From: an uncultured Myxococcia bacterium
GTDB lineage: Bacteria > CAZTWC01
DNA length: 53,507 nucleotides
Assembly: GCA_964617105.1 (NCBI GenBank)
Contig: CAZTWC010000003.1
Span: 1-53,507, forward strand
Direction: 5' to 3'
The notes below the pieces were generated by a model. That model searched no databases. It was not told the origin of the DNA and saw nothing but the letters and a program-made list of their open reading frames with translations. A program made the translations under genes and the position numbers. Below are positions 1 to 10,344 of the stretch, piece by piece. Within the stretch, counting starts at the first letter, position 1. Each line of letters starts with the position of its first letter.

Positions 1-1
1 G

Positions 2-481
2 CGGTTGCAATGGTCCAAAGTTTTCTATATAAATTTAGGCGTCCGGGAGGGCAAACTATCTTCCCCTGGACCAGGAAATTTTCACTGGATCTATTTTCCG
101 GAGCCCCAATATTCTTTTTACCGGGTAGGCAGTTATTCCAACGTGATGCCATCCATGGCGCCGGCTGGTTGTTCATCTTACTACCTGGAATTTTCTCTGC
201 CCCGGGACAAAAATATAACCGTAAAAAGAAACGATATTCTGAAACAATTGACTAAACTAAATATTCTAGGACCTGAAGACCAGGTGCAAGTCTGGGATGA
301 AGGGATAATCGATTATGCCTATGTTATCCCCGATATGGAGTATAAACAGATTCGGGAAGAGATCTTGTCATACTTAAGAGGTTTCAATATCATACCATTA
401 GGGCGATACGGCGCCTGGTGTTACTCCTCTATAGAAGATTCACTGCTGGAGGGCAGAGAGGTGGCTGAATCTTGCCGATAA
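2..481 (+). CDS. FAD/NAD(P)-dependent oxidoreductase, C-terminal fragment (amine-oxidase / UDP-galactopyranose-mutase-like); 5' end lies off-window
   Basis: The reading frame is open to the left edge. The segment FHWIYFPEPQYSFYRVGSYSN...GRYGAWCY resembles the C-terminal part of flavin amine-oxidase-like enzymes often found next to glycosyltransferases. Recognition is from memory only. Confidence 0.45.
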   Translation, partial: RLQWSKVFYINLGVREGKLSSPGPGNFHWIYFPEPQYSFYRVGSYSNVMPSMAPAGCSSYYLEFSLPRDKNITVKRNDILKQLTKLNILGPEDQVQVWDEGIIDYAYVIPDMEYKQIREEILSYLRGFNIIPLGRYGAWCYSSIEDSLLEGREVAESCR

Positions 482-1179
482 AAAAACCCGAAATCAGCAT
501 AGTTATTCCCGTATATAATGAAGAGGCTATTGTCGAGAGTGCCTTGCAGGATTTGGTTAAGAAATTAACCAGGCTGGATATATCTTTTGAAATTTTGGTG
601 GCGGAAAATGGATCCAGCGACCAAACGCCGACAATTTTGGCTACTCTGTCAAAAATGGAGAAGCGAATTAGGTTCATTAACTTACCGTTGCCCAATTATG
701 GTATGGCTATGAAAGAGGGAATTTTGCAAGCCCGGGGCCAATTTGTGATCTGTGATGAGATCGACCTGGGTGATATCGAATTTTACCAAAGGGCTCTGCA
801 AATATTGACACCTGGAGACTGCCAACTGGTTATCGGCTCAAAAATGCTGCCCGGTTCTCGGGACTGCCGGCCTTTCCGCCGGCATTTCGCCACCTGGACT
901 ATAAACACCCTGCTCAGAATATTTCTTGGTTTTGAAGGCACCGACACCCACGGGTTAAAAGCGTTCAACCGGAGGGCTATTTTACCGGTAGTAAACTTGT
1001 GCCAGGTGGACAAGGATCTTTTTGCCTCGGAGATGGTTATTCGCAGCCAGAAGATGGAGATCCCCTGGCGGGAAATCCCCATCAAGGTGGAGGAGAAACG
1101 CCCCCCCTCCATTGATCTGTTGCACCGGGTGCCCAATGTCCTGCATAACCTGGTGAAATTAATTAAGATTTTCCGATAA
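472..1179 (+). CDS. Family 2 glycosyltransferase (dolichyl-phosphate mannosyltransferase-like)
   Basis: N-terminal ISIVIPVYNEE motif and an acidic DXD-like CDEIDLGD, typical of the GT2 fold. TTG start overlaps the upstream ORF by 10 nt. Confidence 0.75.
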   Translation: MPIKKPEISIVIPVYNEEAIVESALQDLVKKLTRLDISFEILVAENGSSDQTPTILATLSKMEKRIRFINLPLPNYGMAMKEGILQARGQFVICDEIDLGDIEFYQRALQILTPGDCQLVIGSKMLPGSRDCRPFRRHFATWTINTLLRIFLGFEGTDTHGLKAFNRRAILPVVNLCQVDKDLFASEMVIRSQKMEIPWREIPIKVEEKRPPSIDLLHRVPNVLHNLVKLIKIFR

Positions 1180-1309
1180 ACCTCTCTTTTTAATTGACGT
1201 ATGATAAAAATATAGATATACATTGTTAACATGTTTGATGTTTGATCCCTGATTGGAGTCGAGGAGATAAATAAATTTCCAGATGAACATAGGTTAGTTT
1301 ATTGGGAGG

Positions 1310-1855
1310 ATGAAGAGGATGCCAGAACTTGATACTATCATTGTGGGGGAAATAATGGTCCCCCTGGAAAAATATCCTCATATCTATGATACCGCCACCC
1401 TCAAAGAAGCCATCAAAGTAATAAAAGACGCTGAACTAGAAGTGAATGGAATTCGGTCTCTGGCCAGAATGGTGCTGGTTTTTGATTCTCAAAACCGCCT
1501 GGAGGGTTTGCTGCGGCGGCGGGACATCATGAAAGGGCTGGAACCTGAGTTTTTACGTATGAAGCCTATTCAATACCGAAAAAAACTCTTTGGAATCAGA
1601 ATGGATCCTAACCTGGCCGTGCTGTCACAGCCGAACCTGAAAGAACGGATAAAAGAAAGGTCAATGACCAAAGTAAGTGAAGTTATCCGTCCCATAGTCC
1701 AAACCGTTAACTACGGCGATAACTTGCTGAAAGTTATTTACGAGATGGTGGATAACAATATCAGCCTGCTGCCAGTAATGGACAAAGACAGGGTGGTGGG
1801 AGTTGCCCGCAGTGTCGATGCTTTTTCCGAACTGGTTAAGTTGTTAGAAGAATAG
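1310..1855 (+). CDS. CBS-domain pair protein
   Basis: 181-aa protein with two CBS-like halves (IMVPL...VF and VNYGDNLLKVIYEMVDNNISLLPVMDKDRVVGV). An alternative ATG lies at 1319. Confidence 0.6.
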   Translation: MKRMPELDTIIVGEIMVPLEKYPHIYDTATLKEAIKVIKDAELEVNGIRSLARMVLVFDSQNRLEGLLRRRDIMKGLEPEFLRMKPIQYRKKLFGIRMDPNLAVLSQPNLKERIKERSMTKVSEVIRPIVQTVNYGDNLLKVIYEMVDNNISLLPVMDKDRVVGVARSVDAFSELVKLLEE

Positions 1856-1963
1856 TAGTAGAAGTTTTTTATAAAAGGAAGCCCCCAACCTGTAGCCCTT
1901 TGAGTCGATTTTACCTGCATATCTGCGGAACATGATTTAAAGGTTATCATCTTAGGAGCACCA

Positions 1964-3475
1964 ATGAGTATACCGCAATCTAATCCCCCCTCCTACGGAC
2001 CGTCCAGCACCCGTCTACATATTACCATCAAGAAATTTAATTGGAAAAAGATAATTTTTACCCTGCTGGGGCTTTTCCTGTTTTCAGTGGTCTACTTCTC
2101 CTCTCCCTGGGACCCGGCCGTGGATCCAAAGGGAGCCCAGTTTCATCTGACTTATGAAGGCCAAGCAGCTTTGGCCCTGTTTTTGCTGGCTGCCACCTGG
2201 TGGGTTTTTGAGGTTATCCCCATCGGCATCACCAGTATCACTATCGGGGTGGTACAAGCTCTGTTTTTAATTCGCCCGGCAAAAGCAGCCTTTACCGATT
2301 TTATGGCCCCTTCGGTGTGGTTTATTTTTGGCTCTCTGGTAATAGGAATTGTTTTTACCAAGACAGGTCTTACCCGGCGCCTGGCCTACAAAATGCTCGC
2401 CCTGGTGGGTGAAAAGACCAGCATGATCTACCTGGGTTGTTTTATTATAACTTCGGCTTTGACCCTGATCATGGCCCACACCGCGGTGGCAGCCACTATT
2501 TTCCCTTTGCTTTTGGCGGTTAACGATTTGTACAAGGATCACGATGGACCCACCAAATTTGGAAAAGGACTGTTTATGGGCATGGCCTTCGTGGCCGGAG
2601 CCGGCAGTATTATCACTTTGCTGGGGGCGGCTCGGGGAGCGGTGGCCCTCGGTTTTTACAAAAAAATCACCGGTGTTGACATCAGTTTTTTCGGCCTCAC
2701 CTACTACATGCTGCCCATAGGCGTTTTAATGACTTTTTTGCTCTGGGGCTTTTTTATGGTGATATACCGTCCAGAAAAGAGCACCATCCCGGGATTGCGG
2801 GAACGGGCCAGGCGGCTTTATGCCAACCTGGGTCCGATTACCAAAACCGAAATTGGCGCCCTGGTGATAGTGTTCGCCGCCATTGCCACCCTGGGATTGC
2901 GCTCCTTTATTCCGGCTTTAAAGCCTCTGGACAAATCGGCCATAATCCTTTTGACCACTATCCTGTTTTATATCTTTAATATTCTCACCCTGGAAGATCT
3001 GGAAGAGGTGCCCTGGAATATTATCCTCCTTTTTGGCGGAGCCATGAGTATCGGTTTTTGCCTCTGGCAAACCGGGGCGGCCAAATGGCTGGCAGTTAAC
3101 TGGCTAGACCTGTTCAAAGACGCCCATTGGTTTGTCTTTATTATGTCCATCGCCTTTTTTGTGCTGATAATGACCAACCTGATTATGAATGTGGCAGCCA
3201 TCGCCATCTCCCTGCCGGTAGCCCTGGTGATTGCACCATATCTGGGTGTAGCGCCGGAAGTTATCCTCTTTTGCGCTCTGGTTACCGCCGGTATGCCCTT
3301 TTTACTCCTGGTGGGAGCCGCGCCTAATGCCATTGCCTATGAGAGCAAGCAATTCACCTCCGGCGAATTTTTCCTGGTGGGAATCCCGGCCAGTATATTG
3401 TTGATGGTGGTTTTGGGCATTTTCGTCTACTTTATCTGGCCTCTAATGGGGATGCCTATCTTGAGTGGCCATTGA
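1964..3475 (+). CDS. DASS/SLC13-family anion:sodium symporter (dicarboxylate/sulfate-type permease)
   Basis: Polytopic 503-aa protein. The N-terminal hairpin segment WWVFEVIPIGITSI and the C-terminal GAAPNAIAY motif match the two re-entrant SNT/PPN-type loops of DASS transporters. Confidence 0.75.
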   Translation: MSIPQSNPPSYGPSSTRLHITIKKFNWKKIIFTLLGLFLFSVVYFSSPWDPAVDPKGAQFHLTYEGQAALALFLLAATWWVFEVIPIGITSITIGVVQALFLIRPAKAAFTDFMAPSVWFIFGSLVIGIVFTKTGLTRRLAYKMLALVGEKTSMIYLGCFIITSALTLIMAHTAVAATIFPLLLAVNDLYKDHDGPTKFGKGLFMGMAFVAGAGSIITLLGAARGAVALGFYKKITGVDISFFGLTYYMLPIGVLMTFLLWGFFMVIYRPEKSTIPGLRERARRLYANLGPITKTEIGALVIVFAAIATLGLRSFIPALKPLDKSAIILLTTILFYIFNILTLEDLEEVPWNIILLFGGAMSIGFCLWQTGAAKWLAVNWLDLFKDAHWFVFIMSIAFFVLIMTNLIMNVAAIAISLPVALVIAPYLGVAPEVILFCALVTAGMPFLLLVGAAPNAIAYESKQFTSGEFFLVGIPASILLMVVLGIFVYFIWPLMGMPILSGH

Positions 3476-3831
3476 TATAATTGCCTTCAGACGCCGCCCC
3501 CGACAAAAATTTACTTCCAGCCCCACTTGACCTCGCAAAAGTTTAATTTCAACTAATACCTGCTATTATTAACTCCTGAGCAACAGAAAACCCTACAACT
3601 TCGCATTATTTATTATCACTATCACTTACTTTACAATAATTCATGCGGGTATTTTATCCAGCCCCGTCCCAATACCTAAAAATATCCAGAAAACTACTGG
3701 CAAATATCATCACGGTATGATATTATATCACCGCATTCATTGAATAGCATTAATTAGTTGTGCCCGGTCGTCTTATATGGCCACTTTGACCTTTTCCAGT
3801 AATCTCCTGGGATTGCTGAAAGGATGTTATT

Positions 3832-6324
3832 ATGGAAAATATAGTTATTATCGATGATGAAAAAGTGATTCAGGAAACCCTGTTAGTCTCACTAAAAGAT
3901 AACGGGTGGAATATTCACACTGCCGCTAATGGTAAAGATGGGCTGGAACTCATTGCCCAAACTCAGGCCCAGTTGGCGATAATTGATTACAAATTACCCG
4001 ATATAGATGGGATATCTTTGCTAAAAAAAGCCCGGGAAACATCGAAAGATATTGAGGTAATTCTCTTGACCGGGGTTGGCGGTGTGGATACCGCCATCAG
4101 TGCGCTCCGGGCCGGGGCTTACGATTATTTACAAAAACCCATGGATATCGATGAGATCCGTATTATAATACAGCGGGCTCTGGAAAAAATATCGTTGGCA
4201 AGGCAGAGCAAATCTCATACCGATGAATTAGATACAAAGGTTTTCGAATTGCAGGAGATGGTTAAACTACGCGACCAGGAGATTAAAATTCGTCTGCAGA
4301 CCGAGGAAAAACTGCGCCGTAACCGGGAAGATTACCGCCTTCTGCTGGAAAATGTACCTGATGTGATTTTTACCCTGGATGCCGATGGAATCTTTACCAC
4401 CATAAACAATTATGGCCTGGAGATAATGGGATATCACCATTTTGAACTTATTGACCACCATTTTTTACAGGTGGTGCACCCCGATGACCTGGATGAGGTT
4501 GGCTTTATTTTCAAAAAAGCCTTTCAGGAGAACATTGTTCCACCCAGGGATTTTCGTTTTCGTATAGTTAATAAAGATTGGAATATTATCTGGATTTCTC
4601 TCAACACCAGCATCACACATGACAAACAAAACAAAATCACGCAATTACTGGGGGTGGCCAGGGATATAACCATGCAAAAACGGCTGGCGGATGAATTTCA
4701 ACTGGCCCGGGATGAGGCGGAAAAGGCCAACCAGGCCAAAAGTGGATTTTTAACTCAAATGAGCCACGAGTTAAGATCTCCAACGAGCACGATTATCGGC
4801 ATGGCCGACCTGTTGCGGGAAACCAGTTTGACCGGAGAGCAGCAGCGCTACATCACCAATTTTCAAAGTGCCGCCGAAAACCTGCTGGCCATTATCAACG
4901 ATTTTTTAGACCTCTCCAAAATCGATACGGAAAAGTTGGAGTTGGAGCAAATCGACTTTGACCTGAATGAATTGATAGAGCAAATCATCGATATAATGGC
5001 CATAAAAATCGATAACCAAAATATTGAATTGACCCACCATATTGCCCCATCTGTGCCAGGTTGGCTGCGAGGCGATCCAGCCAGATTGCGGCAAGTGCTG
5101 GTAAACCTGATTGACAACGCCATAAAATTTACTGAGGAGGGATCAATTTCACTAGAGGTGCAAATCCATAACCTTGAGCAGGAAAAAGAGCTATCTTCTG
5201 GCCCCCAGGTTTCAGAAGAGGAAAAAAGCGCTGGAAAGATGATGATTAGCTTAAGTGTGCAGGATACAGGAATTGGGATTGCCGCGAAAAATATCGATAA
5301 AATATTTACCCCCTTTACCCAGGAAAAAAGTTCCGTTAGCAGGAAGTATGGCGGCACCGGGCTGGGCTTGAATATCTGCCAGCAACTGGTGAAACTGATG
5401 GGCGGAAAAATATGGGTGGAGAGCCACCTTAATCAGGGGACTAAATTTATCTTTACCGTGCAAATGGAAAACTCCCTTCAGAAGGACAAAATTACCTCCG
5501 CAGAAATCAAGCCCCTGGCAGGGAAAAAAGCGTTAGTAGTGGGCAGAAACAGCAATATCCGGAGGCAACTTAAAGAGATGCTCACCCAATGGGGCTTGCT
5601 GGTCAGTGAAAAAGAACGGCTTTTTAGCTGCCCCCAGAAAATAAAGATGGCAAAACAAAAGGGCGACCCCTTTGATTTCCTGATAGCCGATGTACGCTCT
5701 ATGGGTCGAGACGCCTTTAAAATCTGCCAAGATCTTGAACTAAAAACTATACTGATCTTCCCGTTGCGCCACCGCAAAGATGATTTAACCAAGGCGTCTA
5801 ATCACGAATTACCTTACCTGATCAAACCGTTGCGGCAAGAACCGCTAAGAAGAGCCTTATTGGGGGATAGCAGTGGACAAAAAGAAGGTAACGCACTTTC
5901 AGAAATGGTAAAAACGAAAAAACTGGCGCCCCTACCGCTAAAAACTCTGAAAATTTTACTGATAGAGGACTCCGAGGACAACCGTAACTTGTTAAAGACC
6001 TTTTTAAAGAAAACTCCCCACCAGGTGGAGATGGCCATAAATGGAAAACAGGGGGTGGAAAAATTCCAGGCAGACCGGTTCGATCTAGTGCTGATGGATA
6101 TACAGATGCCGCTGATGGACGGTTATGAAGCCACCAAAAAAATCAGAAAATTAGAATCCCAACAAAAGCATGAACCAACTCCCATTATAGCTCTTACTGC
6201 TCACGCCTTAAAAGAGATGGTGGATAAAAGTTTGCGGGTCGGATGCAGCGCCCATTTGACCAAACCACTAAAAAAGAAACAATTCTTATCGGTTATCGCA
6301 GAGTATGCCCGCACCAATTCTTAA
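3832..6324 (+). CDS. Hybrid sensor histidine kinase: REC-PAS-HisKA-HATPase-(degenerate REC)-REC
   Basis: N-terminal receiver (IIDDE...IIDYKLPDIDG). PAS region. H-box FLTQMSHELRSP. N/G boxes (DNAIKFT, GTGLGL). C-terminal receiver (ILLIEDSEDN...LMDIQMPLMDG...TAHA). Confidence 0.85.
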   Translation: MENIVIIDDEKVIQETLLVSLKDNGWNIHTAANGKDGLELIAQTQAQLAIIDYKLPDIDGISLLKKARETSKDIEVILLTGVGGVDTAISALRAGAYDYLQKPMDIDEIRIIIQRALEKISLARQSKSHTDELDTKVFELQEMVKLRDQEIKIRLQTEEKLRRNREDYRLLLENVPDVIFTLDADGIFTTINNYGLEIMGYHHFELIDHHFLQVVHPDDLDEVGFIFKKAFQENIVPPRDFRFRIVNKDWNIIWISLNTSITHDKQNKITQLLGVARDITMQKRLADEFQLARDEAEKANQAKSGFLTQMSHELRSPTSTIIGMADLLRETSLTGEQQRYITNFQSAAENLLAIINDFLDLSKIDTEKLELEQIDFDLNELIEQIIDIMAIKIDNQNIELTHHIAPSVPGWLRGDPARLRQVLVNLIDNAIKFTEEGSISLEVQIHNLEQEKELSSGPQVSEEEKSAGKMMISLSVQDTGIGIAAKNIDKIFTPFTQEKSSVSRKYGGTGLGLNICQQLVKLMGGKIWVESHLNQGTKFIFTVQMENSLQKDKITSAEIKPLAGKKALVVGRNSNIRRQLKEMLTQWGLLVSEKERLFSCPQKIKMAKQKGDPFDFLIADVRSMGRDAFKICQDLELKTILIFPLRHRKDDLTKASNHELPYLIKPLRQEPLRRALLGDSSGQKEGNALSEMVKTKKLAPLPLKTLKILLIEDSEDNRNLLKTFLKKTPHQVEMAINGKQGVEKFQADRFDLVLMDIQMPLMDGYEATKKIRKLESQQKHEPTPIIALTAHALKEMVDKSLRVGCSAHLTKPLKKKQFLSVIAEYARTNS

Positions 6325-6381
6325 TTAGTCTGGTTCCTGTCTGAGAAAAACTTAATAAATCTTACTTCCCCTCTGGAATAT

Positions 6382-6410
6382 TTGACAAACTTTTTTTGTT
6401 ATCTTAATGT
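6382..6410 (+). promoter_or_regulatory. Putative sigma70-type promoter of the moxR/bat operon
   Basis: TTGACA (6382-6387), 17-nt spacer, TAATGT (6405-6410), about 50 nt upstream of the moxR ATG. Pattern match only. Confidence 0.3.
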
Positions 6411-6458
6411 CTATCTCTAATATATTAACAACTCAAACACCTATCCCGGGAGAGATAT

Positions 6459-7448
6459 ATGGAAAACAGTATCCAGGCTATCAACGAAATGGTTATATCG
6501 GAAAGCCAATTTGTGGACAAACTGAGCCGCGAGATAGGCAAAGTGATTGTGGGGCAAAAATACCTGGTGGAAAGAGTTATAGTGGCGGTTCTGTGCGGCG
6601 GACATCTACTGGTAGAAGGGGTGCCGGGCCTGGCCAAGACTCTGGCTATTAAAACTGTAGCCCAGGCAGTAAAAGTTGATTTTAAACGGATCCAATTCAC
6701 CCCCGATCTGCTGCCCGCCGACATTATCGGCACCATGATTTTTAATCAGAAGAGCAGTGAATTTACCCCTAATCTGGGGCCGATTTTCACCAATTTTGTG
6801 CTGGCCGATGAGATTAACCGGGCTCCGGCCAAAGTGCAGTCCGCCCTGTTGGAAGCCATGCAGGAGAGGCAAGTCACCATTGCTGAAAAGAGCTACCAAT
6901 TACCAAACCCCTTTATGGTGATGGCCACCCAAAATCCCATTGAGCAAGAGGGGACCTATCCTTTACCCGAGGCTCAGGTGGACCGGTTTATGCTTAAGGT
7001 AAAAATCGGGTACCCCAGCCGGGAAGAGGAGAAGCAGATCATGGAGCGTTGGGCAATAGATCAAAATATCGAGGTGGAACCGGTGATCTCAGCCCAGGAG
7101 ATCCTCCAGGCCCGCAAGGTGGTGGAGCAGATTTATGTAGATGAAAAGATCAAGAACTATATCGTTGACCTGGTAATGGCCAGTCGCTATCCCGCCCAAT
7201 ATAAACTCACCTCTTTAGAGGGGATGCTCGAATACGGCGCTTCGCCGCGAGCCACCCTTTACTTGAATATGGCGGCCCGGGCCCACGCCTTTTTGCGCCA
7301 CCGGGGCTTTGTCACCCCGGAAGATATTAAAGCGGTAGGGCTGGACGTGCTAAGACACCGGGTGATTCCCACCTACGAGGCAGAAGCGGAAGAGATGAGC
7401 ACCGACCAGATTGTGGAGACCATTTTCCAGGGGGTAGAGGTGCCCTGA
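6459..7448 (+). CDS. MoxR-family AAA+ ATPase
   Basis: Walker A GVPGLAKT and Walker B VLADEINRAP. QERQVT and MATQNPIEQEGTYPLPEAQVDRF are the classical MoxR signature. GGAG-like RBS upstream. Confidence 0.9.
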   Translation: MENSIQAINEMVISESQFVDKLSREIGKVIVGQKYLVERVIVAVLCGGHLLVEGVPGLAKTLAIKTVAQAVKVDFKRIQFTPDLLPADIIGTMIFNQKSSEFTPNLGPIFTNFVLADEINRAPAKVQSALLEAMQERQVTIAEKSYQLPNPFMVMATQNPIEQEGTYPLPEAQVDRFMLKVKIGYPSREEEKQIMERWAIDQNIEVEPVISAQEILQARKVVEQIYVDEKIKNYIVDLVMASRYPAQYKLTSLEGMLEYGASPRATLYLNMAARAHAFLRHRGFVTPEDIKAVGLDVLRHRVIPTYEAEAEEMSTDQIVETIFQGVEVP

Positions 7449-8353
7449 TGCAAAAATCGCCCTCCAGATTGGCGCTTACCCGGGAGCAGTTGCGCCTGAT
7501 AAAGAAAATTCAGATTACCACTAACCGGATAGTAAACGATAAGTTGGCTGGCTCATACCACTCGGTATTCAAAGGCCGGGGTATGGTTTTCGATAAGGTG
7601 CGCCAATATTATCCAGGTGACGATATCCGCACCATAGACTGGAACGTCACCGCCCGCATGAAAGACCTTTATGTCAAACAGTTTGTGGAAGAGCGGGAAT
7701 TAACCGTGATATTGATGGTGGATGTGTCCGCCTCCGGGCTGTTCGGCAGCGGGCGGCAAAGCAAAGGTGAACTTATGGCTGAACTGGCCGGGCTGCTGGC
7801 TTTTTCCGCTATTAAAAACAACGACCGAGTCGGTTTGCTAGAGTTTTCCAACCAGGTGGAAAATTTTATTGCCCCCAAAAAAGGGGTTAAACATGTGCTA
7901 AGAGTGATCAGCGAAGTGTTAACTGCCAGAGGTCAGGAGAGAGGTACCGATTTTAACGCGCCCCTGGAGTTCTTCTCCAGGATTTACAAACGGCAGGCGG
8001 TGCTGTTTTTGCTCTCTGATTTTTTTTCTGCCATCCCCTTTGAAACCTCGCTGAAATTGGTGGCCCGCAAACACGATCTGGTCCCTATTATGCTCAGCGA
8101 CCCCCTGGAGGTAAATATCCCCCCCCTGGGTATGGTGGATTTTTTGGATGCAGAAACCGGACAGGTAGTAACCGTTGATACCCGGGATCCTTTGGTGAGA
8201 GATTATTTCAAGCAACAAATGGGTAATAACCGGCAGGAGATGGAGACCACTTTCAAACGACTTAGCCTGGACTATATCCATATAAAGACCGAGAAAGATT
8301 ATTTGCCGCCCCTGGTTAATTTTTTCCGCCGCCGGGCCAAGAGAATGTATTAG
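7448..8353 (+). CDS. DUF58 protein (vWA-like partner of MoxR)
   Basis: DDIRTIDWNVTAR motif plus the MIDAS-like MVDVSASG. The start overlaps the moxR stop (TGATG). Confidence 0.8.
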   Translation: MQKSPSRLALTREQLRLIKKIQITTNRIVNDKLAGSYHSVFKGRGMVFDKVRQYYPGDDIRTIDWNVTARMKDLYVKQFVEERELTVILMVDVSASGLFGSGRQSKGELMAELAGLLAFSAIKNNDRVGLLEFSNQVENFIAPKKGVKHVLRVISEVLTARGQERGTDFNAPLEFFSRIYKRQAVLFLLSDFFSAIPFETSLKLVARKHDLVPIMLSDPLEVNIPPLGMVDFLDAETGQVVTVDTRDPLVRDYFKQQMGNNRQEMETTFKRLSLDYIHIKTEKDYLPPLVNFFRRRAKRMY

Positions 8354-8356
8354 TAT

Positions 8357-9352
8357 ATGTATCGAGTTAAATTACTATTTATATTGGCATTTTCTGCCGC
8401 CACTTTCCTGCTGGCAGGTAGTGGTTTTAAACCGGAACCAGCCCAATTTCAGGTCAAGGGAGGTATCAGTAAACCAGAGGTGTTCCTGGGCGAACCCTTT
8501 GAATTTATCCTCACTATCCGTGGACCCAAAACCGCCACTTTTCAGTGGAACAATGAATCTTACCGCCAGCAGGATAAAGAATTGGGCTCTTTTATAATGT
8601 TGGATAAGCCCTTAAAAACAGTGCTGGAACAGGAAGATATAAAGGAGGAAGTGACCATCTTCAAACTGGTGGCCTATGATTTGGGCAAATTGGAAATTCC
8701 GGAATTTCAAGTTCTACTGAAGGAGGCCGAAGGAGCCGACCAGGTGGAAAAAGCAGGGCCCTTTACCGTAAAAATAGTTTCCGGTTTTAAGCAAGATAAG
8801 CCGCCCCAACTTATAGACATAGCGCCTCAGCGTCAAATCTACTATAAAAACTACCTGCCTCTATATATCCTGGCCGCTATTTTGACCGGATTGCTCCTGT
8901 TTTTTCTAATCCGCCGCATAATTAAAAATAATAGAGGACAAAAAAGGAAAAAAACCAAAAAAGAAGAAAAGCCGTTTATTTTACCGCATCTTAAGGCTCT
9001 GCAAAAATTACAACTGATTATAACTCAGAATTTACTGACTCGGGGGATGTACAGGGAATATTTCGACGCCATCTCCGATACGGTTCGGGAATATTTAGGC
9101 GCTCTTTATCAATTGGACGCCCTGGAGATGACCTCTACTGAACTGCTCTTTACGTTGTCAGCCCGGCCCACTCCAGGGCTGGACTACCATAAAACCCAAT
9201 TTTTACTCTTTGAAAGTGATATGGTAAAATTTGCCAAAAATATCCCCTCCCAGCAGACTTGTTCCCAGGTGTTGGACTATGCCTTTAATATTGTGGAGTC
9301 CACCAGGAGCAATTTCGAGAAAACAGTGACAAGGGTGGAGGCAAAAAGATGA
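8357..9352 (+). CDS. BatD-like / DUF4381-like single-pass membrane protein (signal peptide, beta-rich ectodomain, TM, helical cytoplasmic tail)
   Basis: It occupies the position of the hypothetical gene between DUF58 and batA in Bat operons. Its TM plus C-terminal helical module (ALQKLQ...REYLGALYQLDALEMTSTEL...FAKNIPS) parallels the C-terminus of the BatD ORF at 12175-14058. Confidence 0.5.
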   Translation: MYRVKLLFILAFSAATFLLAGSGFKPEPAQFQVKGGISKPEVFLGEPFEFILTIRGPKTATFQWNNESYRQQDKELGSFIMLDKPLKTVLEQEDIKEEVTIFKLVAYDLGKLEIPEFQVLLKEAEGADQVEKAGPFTVKIVSGFKQDKPPQLIDIAPQRQIYYKNYLPLYILAAILTGLLLFFLIRRIIKNNRGQKRKKTKKEEKPFILPHLKALQKLQLIITQNLLTRGMYREYFDAISDTVREYLGALYQLDALEMTSTELLFTLSARPTPGLDYHKTQFLLFESDMVKFAKNIPSQQTCSQVLDYAFNIVESTRSNFEKTVTRVEAKR

Positions 9353-10344
9353 AATTTGCCTCACCCTATTTTCTCCTGTTGTTGGGTTTTTTGCCCTTAC
9401 TGGTTTGGCGCCTGACCGTCAAGAGAAGAAAAGTATATCCCATTTTTCTCTTTTCCTGGACCAAACCCCTGGCCGGCGCTCCGCAGGGATTATGGCACCA
9501 GGCCAGACATGTTCCCTTGATTTTACGCCTTTTAGGTATCCTTTTGATAATTATAGCCCTGGCCCGGCCGCAACAGTTTGATCAGAAAAATCTTTTTTAT
9601 GCGCAAGGAATTGATATCGTTATTGTATTGGATATCTCTACCAGTATGAAAGCAATAGACTTCCAGCCTAAAAACCGGCTCCATGTGGCCAAAGAGGTGA
9701 TTGGTGATTTTATCGCCTCCAGAAAAAACGACCGCATCGGGCTGGTGGTATTTGCTGGTGAAGCCTTTACCCAATGCCCTCTCACTTTGGATTACTCCAT
9801 ACTTTACAATATTCTTCAGGCGGTGAGAATGGATGTGATCAAAGATGGTACCGCTATTGGCGATGCCCTGGCCAACTCTCTCAACCGGCTAAGAGATTCT
9901 CAAGCCAAAAGCAAGATGGTTATACTGCTCACTGATGGTGAAAATAATTCCGGTAATATTGAGCCTTTAAAGGCAGCGGCTTTTGCCAAGGAGTTGGAGA
10001 TCGAGATCTTTCCTATCCTGGTTGGCAAAGGAGGCATGGTGCCATATCCGGTGGGCAAAAGCATATTTGGCCGCCAACAGTACCAACAGGTAGAGATACC
10101 GGTAAATCCCAAATTGCTAAAAGAGATTGCCAGCGCCACCAACGGTAAATTTTACCAGGCCGCCGATCGGCAAGAGTTAAACGATAATTTTAATGATCTC
10201 ATTGATAAGATGGAAACTTCCAAATTACCAGAACAGGTCTATGGCCGCCCCCAGGAACTTTATCTCTATTTTGTGCTGGCAGCTCTGTTTTGTCTGCTAT
10301 TGGAATTTATTTTACTACGTACCAGGCTGGAGAGATTTCCCTGA
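9349..10344 (+). CDS. batA: vWA-domain membrane protein, BatA-type
   Basis: N-terminal TMs. MIDAS motif DIVIVLDISTSM, VVFAGEAF and ILLTDGENN. C-terminal TM. ATGA overlap with the upstream gene. Confidence 0.8.
   Translation: MKFASPYFLLLLGFLPLLVWRLTVKRRKVYPIFLFSWTKPLAGAPQGLWHQARHVPLILRLLGILLIIIALARPQQFDQKNLFYAQGIDIVIVLDISTSMKAIDFQPKNRLHVAKEVIGDFIASRKNDRIGLVVFAGEAFTQCPLTLDYSILYNILQAVRMDVIKDGTAIGDALANSLNRLRDSQAKSKMVILLTDGENNSGNIEPLKAAAFAKELEIEIFPILVGKGGMVPYPVGKSIFGRQQYQQVEIPVNPKLLKEIASATNGKFYQAADRQELNDNFNDLIDKMETSKLPEQVYGRPQELYLYFVLAALFCLLLEFILLRTRLERFP

Noticed and set aside
4863-5357. 164-aa minus-strand ORF inside the first hybrid kinase, and similar antisense ORFs at 783-1232, 2968-3333, 7919-8281, 17854-18318 and 39294-39878
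   Set aside because: All lie fully within well-supported sense genes with clear domain signatures. None has a recognisable motif.
10290-10343. Upstream extension of batB in the ORF track (start at 10290)
   Set aside because: The extension lies entirely inside the batA 3' end. The ATG at 10344 gives a BatA-like N-terminus (MRFASIQYIWLL) and the same stop/start coupling seen throughout the operon.
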